From Chitinophaga pinensis (GTDB taxonomy: Bacteria; Bacteroidota; Bacteroidia; UKL13-3), in contig CAMAWM010000009.1 of assembly GCA_945861965.1 (NCBI GenBank), positions 1,742 to 65,741 of the forward strand: 64,000 bases of DNA. The letters are read 5' to 3'. Under the pieces are notes generated by a model. The model searched no databases and was not told the origin of the DNA. It saw only the letters and a program-made list of their open reading frames with translations. The position numbers were made by a program, and so were the translations under genes. Positions 60,351 to 64,000 of this stretch are shown piece by piece; positions within the stretch are counted from its first letter, which is position 1, and each line of letters opens with the position of its first letter.

Positions 60351-60386
60351 TTCTTGTAATCAATTAAATCAATTACAAAAAAAAAA

Positions 60387-60548
60387 ATGGCAACAACTAA
60401 GAAAACTAAAAAAGCGGCTCCTACAAAGAGCGCTGCTAAAAAAGCTGCTCCTAAAAAAGCTGCTGCTAAGAAAGCTGCTCCTAAGAAAGCTGCAAAAAAA
60501 GCTGCTCCTAAGAAAGCTGCAAAAAAAGCTGCTAAGAAAAAACGTTAA
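60387..60548 (+). CDS. 53-aa histone H1-like Lys/Ala/Pro repeat protein (not in ORF track)
   Basis: MATTKKTKKAAPTKSAAKKAAPKKAAAKKAAPKKAAKKAAPKKAAKKAAKKKR*; has promoter, A-rich start context and terminator; synonymous variation among repeats. Confidence 0.88.
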   Translation: MATTKKTKKAAPTKSAAKKAAPKKAAAKKAAPKKAAKKAAPKKAAKKAAKKKR

Positions 60549-60561
60549 TTTTTTCTTACCT

Positions 60562-60598
60562 AAAAAAAGCCTCGCCATTAATTTGACGAGGTTTTTTT
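60562..60598. terminator. bidirectional intrinsic terminator
   Basis: A7-GCCTCG.CA...TG.CGAGGT-T6 between the convergent histone-like and M48 genes. Confidence 0.8.
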
Positions 60599-60655
60599 GT
60601 TTTTAAACTAAAACTGCTTTTTATTTTTATCAATAATTAAAACAATTATTGAAGT

Positions 60656-61441
60656 TCATTTTAGATAATTCTTCAACAAAATATATTCTTCTTCGTATTT
60701 CTTTCCTGCTTTCCCGCCTAAACTTTTCCATTCGTCTAACATTTTATCGTAGCGTTTTTCTGGCGATGGATGAGTACTTAAAAACTCAAGCAATTCTTCT
60801 GCGTTTTTTTCAGATTCTAATTTCTTAAAAAAACCATTTGCTTCTCGCGCATCGAAATCGGTATTATATAAATAATTAATAGAAAGTTTATCCGCTTCTT
60901 CTTCGTTGTTGCGACTAAATTTTAATCCAACAAGATTCTGAGCAATACTTATTAATTGATTGTTATCGCTTCCAAAAACTATAGATAGCAGAACACTTAA
61001 ACCTAGTTGACTTGTTATGTTATCAATCGCATGTCGATTATCTGCATGTGCAATTTCGTGGCCAAGTACGCCTGCTAATTGCGCTTCGTTATCTAAGTAT
61101 TTTATTAATCCTGTATAAACAAAAATATATCCTCCAGGCAAACAGAATGCATTTAAAGTTGAATCGTCATCAATTATTTTCAACTCCCAAACAAAATTGT
61201 CTTTGTTTTTTATTTTACCAGAATTTAAAATTTTATTCTTGATGGAATTTATAATTCTATAAACATCTTGATGTTTTGTTTCGGATAAAATTTTATTGCT
61301 CAAGCCATTTTCATATTGAGTAGATGCTTGCTCGCCAAGCATTTTGTCAATATCTGTACTTATAAATTTTTTCAACCCTTCATCACCACAAGATGAAAAA
61401 ACGAAAATCAAAAAAATAAACAGGAGAAACTTTCTTGCCAT
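60656..61441 (-). CDS. M48 family metallopeptidase lipoprotein
   Basis: Lipobox FSSC, NAFCLPGG, HEIAH, FSR..E.EAD, STHP. Confidence 0.93.
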   Translation of the reverse strand: MARKFLLFIFLIFVFSSCGDEGLKKFISTDIDKMLGEQASTQYENGLSNKILSETKHQDVYRIINSIKNKILNSGKIKNKDNFVWELKIIDDDSTLNAFCLPGGYIFVYTGLIKYLDNEAQLAGVLGHEIAHADNRHAIDNITSQLGLSVLLSIVFGSDNNQLISIAQNLVGLKFSRNNEEEADKLSINYLYNTDFDAREANGFFKKLESEKNAEELLEFLSTHPSPEKRYDKMLDEWKSLGGKAGKKYEEEYILLKNYLK

Positions 61442-61492
61442 AAACAAAAATCAAATAAAAAAAATACTGGATTTAAAAAGCAAAATCAAATA

Positions 61493-63553
61493 CTACCAAA
61501 TATAAACTCTTTCGTTTTCGTTTTTAAACATAGCTTGATTTTCTTTCACATTAAATGCATCGTAAAATGCGGGCATATTTGGCAAAACCCCGTTCACTCT
61601 ATATTCGCCAGGCGAGTGCGTGTCTGTCAATACAAGTTGACGCATTGCTTCAGTTCTAATATTATTTTTCCAAATCTGCGCAAAGGCGATAAAAAATCTT
61701 TGGTTAGGAGTGAAGCCATCTTTAACAATATTATCAGATGGGTTTTGAATTAAATAAATTTGAAAAGCATCGTATGCAATATTTAAACCACCTAAATCTG
61801 CAATATTTTCTCCCATCGTAAGTTGTCCGTTTATATATAAACTGTCACCTACTTTATACCTTCCGTATTGCGCTCCTAATTTTTTAGTGTGCATAGTAAA
61901 CATATTTCTATCTTGTGCATTCCACCAACTATTTAGATTTCCATTTGCATCGTATTTACTTCCTTGATCATCGAATCCATGTGTTATTTCATGACCAATA
62001 ACTGCTCCGATAGCACCATAATTTGCTGCTGCATCCGCATTTTCATCAAAAAACGGAGCTTGTAATATTGCTGCAGGAAAAACTATTTCATTATTAACTG
62101 GATTGTAATATGCATTGACAGTTTGAGGAAGCATATGCCATTCGTTTTTATCAACTGACTTTCCCATTTTTTCAATCATTTCGTTGTAATCAAATTCATT
62201 TGATCGTAAATGATTTTGCAAATAGCTGTCGCTTTTAATTTCTAATTTCACAAAATTTTTCCATAAATCAGGAAATCCAAATTTGCGAGTTATCGTATTT
62301 AATTTGCCCATCGCATTTTGTTTTGTCTCTGGACTCATCCAATCTAATTGATTAACTCTGCTTGCAAACGATTGAGAAATTATTTCAACCATTTCGTTTA
62401 CTTTTATTTTAGCATTATGGCTGAATGCTTTGTTTACAAATTGCTGTCCTAGTATTTCGCCCAAATCATTGTTACATGCTGCAATTGCTCTTTTCCATAA
62501 AGGTTTTTGTTCTTTTACACCATTGAGTATTGTAGAATAAAAATGGAAATGCGCTTGTTCAATTGATGGCGACAAAAATGCGGCTGTTGCATTCATCACA
62601 GTCCAGTTTATATATGTTTTTAAATCTTCAATACTGTATTTATCTATGATGCTATTTAATTGATTATAAAATTCGGGTTGAGAAACAATCACACTGTCAA
62701 ATCGTAAAATATTTGTAGCGGCTATGTAATCATTTAAATTAAAATTCTTCATTTTGTTTTCGGCAAAATCATCAAATCTAAATTTGTTATACTGTTTGTC
62801 AGGATCTCTTCTCTCTACACGATTCATACTGCTTTGCGCTAAATCATTTTCAATTTGCAATACAATCGAAGAATTTATTTCTGAATCCTTTGTATTAAAA
62901 CCAAACAATTCAAAAAGATTTGAAATGTATTGACTGTATTCTTTTTTTATTTGAATAGATTTATTATCCATTTTAAAATAAAAATCTCGATCAGGCAATC
63001 CTAAACCACCTTGAGAGAAATACGGAATATAAACTCGACTGTTTTTTAAATCTTGCGCAACTCCAAAATTAAAAAGTGTTCGAATTCCTTTTCGGTGCAA
63101 CGATGCAATTAACGGAAGCAAATCTTTTTTCGATTCAGTTTTCTTAACTTCTTCCAACAATTGAGATGCTGGAGTAAAACCATCTTTTTCTCTTTTTAAA
63201 GTATCAATGTATAGTTTATAAAATATTGATAGCTTACTCTCAATACTTGAGGCTGGTAAATCTTTCAACTTTGCATTTTCTTCTAAGATTTTACGCAAAA
63301 CAGTATTGTTGCGTTCGTTAACCAAATTAAAATTTCCCCAACGGCTTTCGCTTGCTGGAACTGGATTTTCTTTTAACCAATTGCCATTTGCATACCTAAA
63401 AAAATCAACTCCAGGCTCAATAGTTTTATCCATTGATTTTAAATCAACAGCCGTTTTAATTTCAACAGGCACTGGCTTTTGTTTATTTTTTTGCGATAAA
63501 GCGCTTTGAGCAAAGAGTATTGTAATTGCAACAGTTACTAATTTCAATTTCAT
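61493..63553 (-). CDS. M13 family endopeptidase (PepO/neprilysin-like), secreted
   Basis: DFFRYANG.W, VNAYY, HEITHGFDDQG, GENIADLGG, HSP..YR.NG; start ATG 63553. Confidence 0.95.
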   Translation of the reverse strand: MKLKLVTVAITILFAQSALSQKNKQKPVPVEIKTAVDLKSMDKTIEPGVDFFRYANGNWLKENPVPASESRWGNFNLVNERNNTVLRKILEENAKLKDLPASSIESKLSIFYKLYIDTLKREKDGFTPASQLLEEVKKTESKKDLLPLIASLHRKGIRTLFNFGVAQDLKNSRVYIPYFSQGGLGLPDRDFYFKMDNKSIQIKKEYSQYISNLFELFGFNTKDSEINSSIVLQIENDLAQSSMNRVERRDPDKQYNKFRFDDFAENKMKNFNLNDYIAATNILRFDSVIVSQPEFYNQLNSIIDKYSIEDLKTYINWTVMNATAAFLSPSIEQAHFHFYSTILNGVKEQKPLWKRAIAACNNDLGEILGQQFVNKAFSHNAKIKVNEMVEIISQSFASRVNQLDWMSPETKQNAMGKLNTITRKFGFPDLWKNFVKLEIKSDSYLQNHLRSNEFDYNEMIEKMGKSVDKNEWHMLPQTVNAYYNPVNNEIVFPAAILQAPFFDENADAAANYGAIGAVIGHEITHGFDDQGSKYDANGNLNSWWNAQDRNMFTMHTKKLGAQYGRYKVGDSLYINGQLTMGENIADLGGLNIAYDAFQIYLIQNPSDNIVKDGFTPNQRFFIAFAQIWKNNIRTEAMRQLVLTDTHSPGEYRVNGVLPNMPAFYDAFNVKENQAMFKNENERVYIW

Positions 63554-63674
63554 TGTTTTTTTTATATTAATTATATCCTGCAAGTATAAAAATTATGTGT
63601 GATAAATTAATATCAAAATAGGGGGGACTTCATTCTGGATTTATCAGTATATTCTCATTATTTCATTTTAGCAC

Positions 63675-63710
63675 AAAAAAACCTGCTTAAATAAATTAAG
63701 CAGGTTTTTA
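63675..63710 (-). terminator. intrinsic terminator after the GH25 gene
   Basis: AAAAACCTGCTTAA...TTAAGCAGGTTTTT inverted repeat. Confidence 0.85.
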
Positions 63711-63732
63711 TTATTGATTCAAAAATTAAATT

Positions 63733-64000
63733 CTATTTCTTACATAGTTTCAAAAGTTCATCGTAAGTACCATTAAATACATTGAAATCAACGCCTGATT
63801 TTATACCGCTTACTTTTCCGCTTTCGTTATGTTGCCAAAAATTCCAATTACTTAGTTTATTGTTTAAATCCTCAGTTTGGTAATGTGCAATCCACATTGG
63901 ATACTTTGCAAACTCTTTTCCTGAAAAATAATTTTTATAAAAACTGAAGTTCGTGTAAATAATAGGAGTGACTCCATATTGTTTTTCGGCTAATACTAAC
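63733..64000 (-). CDS. GH25 muramidase/lysozyme, C-terminal part (5'-partial, not in ORF track)
   Basis: Manual translation: ...YGVTPIIYTN..FYK.Y...YPMWIAHY...WNFWQH.ESG.VSGI...VDFNVFNG...LCKK*. Confidence 0.88.
   Translation of the reverse strand, partial: LVLAEKQYGVTPIIYTNFSFYKNYFSGKEFAKYPMWIAHYQTEDLNNKLSNWNFWQHNESGKVSGIKSGVDFNVFNGTYDELLKLCKK

Noticed and set aside
59840-60386. Replication origin (oriC)
   Set aside because: Only one DnaA-box-like 9-mer was found, with no cluster and no origin-linked genes; cannot be supported without genome-wide skew.
60440-60535. Repeated DNA that might be a CRISPR array
   Set aside because: In-frame coding repeats with no unique spacers, and no cas genes in the window.
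60369-60578. 69-aa minus-strand Phe/Ser-rich ORF in the track
   Set aside because: Antisense shadow of the Lys/Ala histone-like gene; the promoter, start context and terminator all favour the plus strand.
2228-63509. Numerous 60-143 aa ORFs nested in or antisense to long genes
   Set aside because: Shadow ORFs of well-supported housekeeping genes with no recognisable motifs.

Overview
AT-rich, densely coding chromosomal segment of a free-living-type Bacteroidota bacterium (TAnnTTTG promoters, no Shine-Dalgarno, T9SS type A and type B cargo, DUF4835/PorD, Bacteroidota-type RpoZ). It is mostly housekeeping: tsaD, tamB, murI, uvrA/uvrB, bamD-rpoZ, lhgO, pyrC, ychF, glmM, dapD, dnaG, lipA, serC/serA, accA, coaBC, selU, yggS, obgE, adk, tsaE, cinA, three tRNAs, M48/M13 peptidases and a partial GH25. 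I found no prophage, transposase, CRISPR array or reverse transcriptase. Hidden or unusual items: (1) an unannotated 27-codon lipoprotein gene with its own canonical promoter that would give an 8-residue lipopeptide (C-KGACPNF); (2) a four-helix-bundle (IVS/bAvd-like) gene between adk and obgE, bracketed by inverted arrays of degenerate octamers; (3) a glycosyltransferase whose motif order resembles animal chondroitin GalNAc-transferases; (4) an unannotated 53-aa histone-H1-like Lys/Ala protein behind a 550-bp AT-rich region; (5) an 'empty' copy of the tRNA-Arg promoter+terminator cassette in front of dapD; (6) a two-gene envelope operon with one frameshift in each gene. All family assignments come from motif recognition, not database searches.
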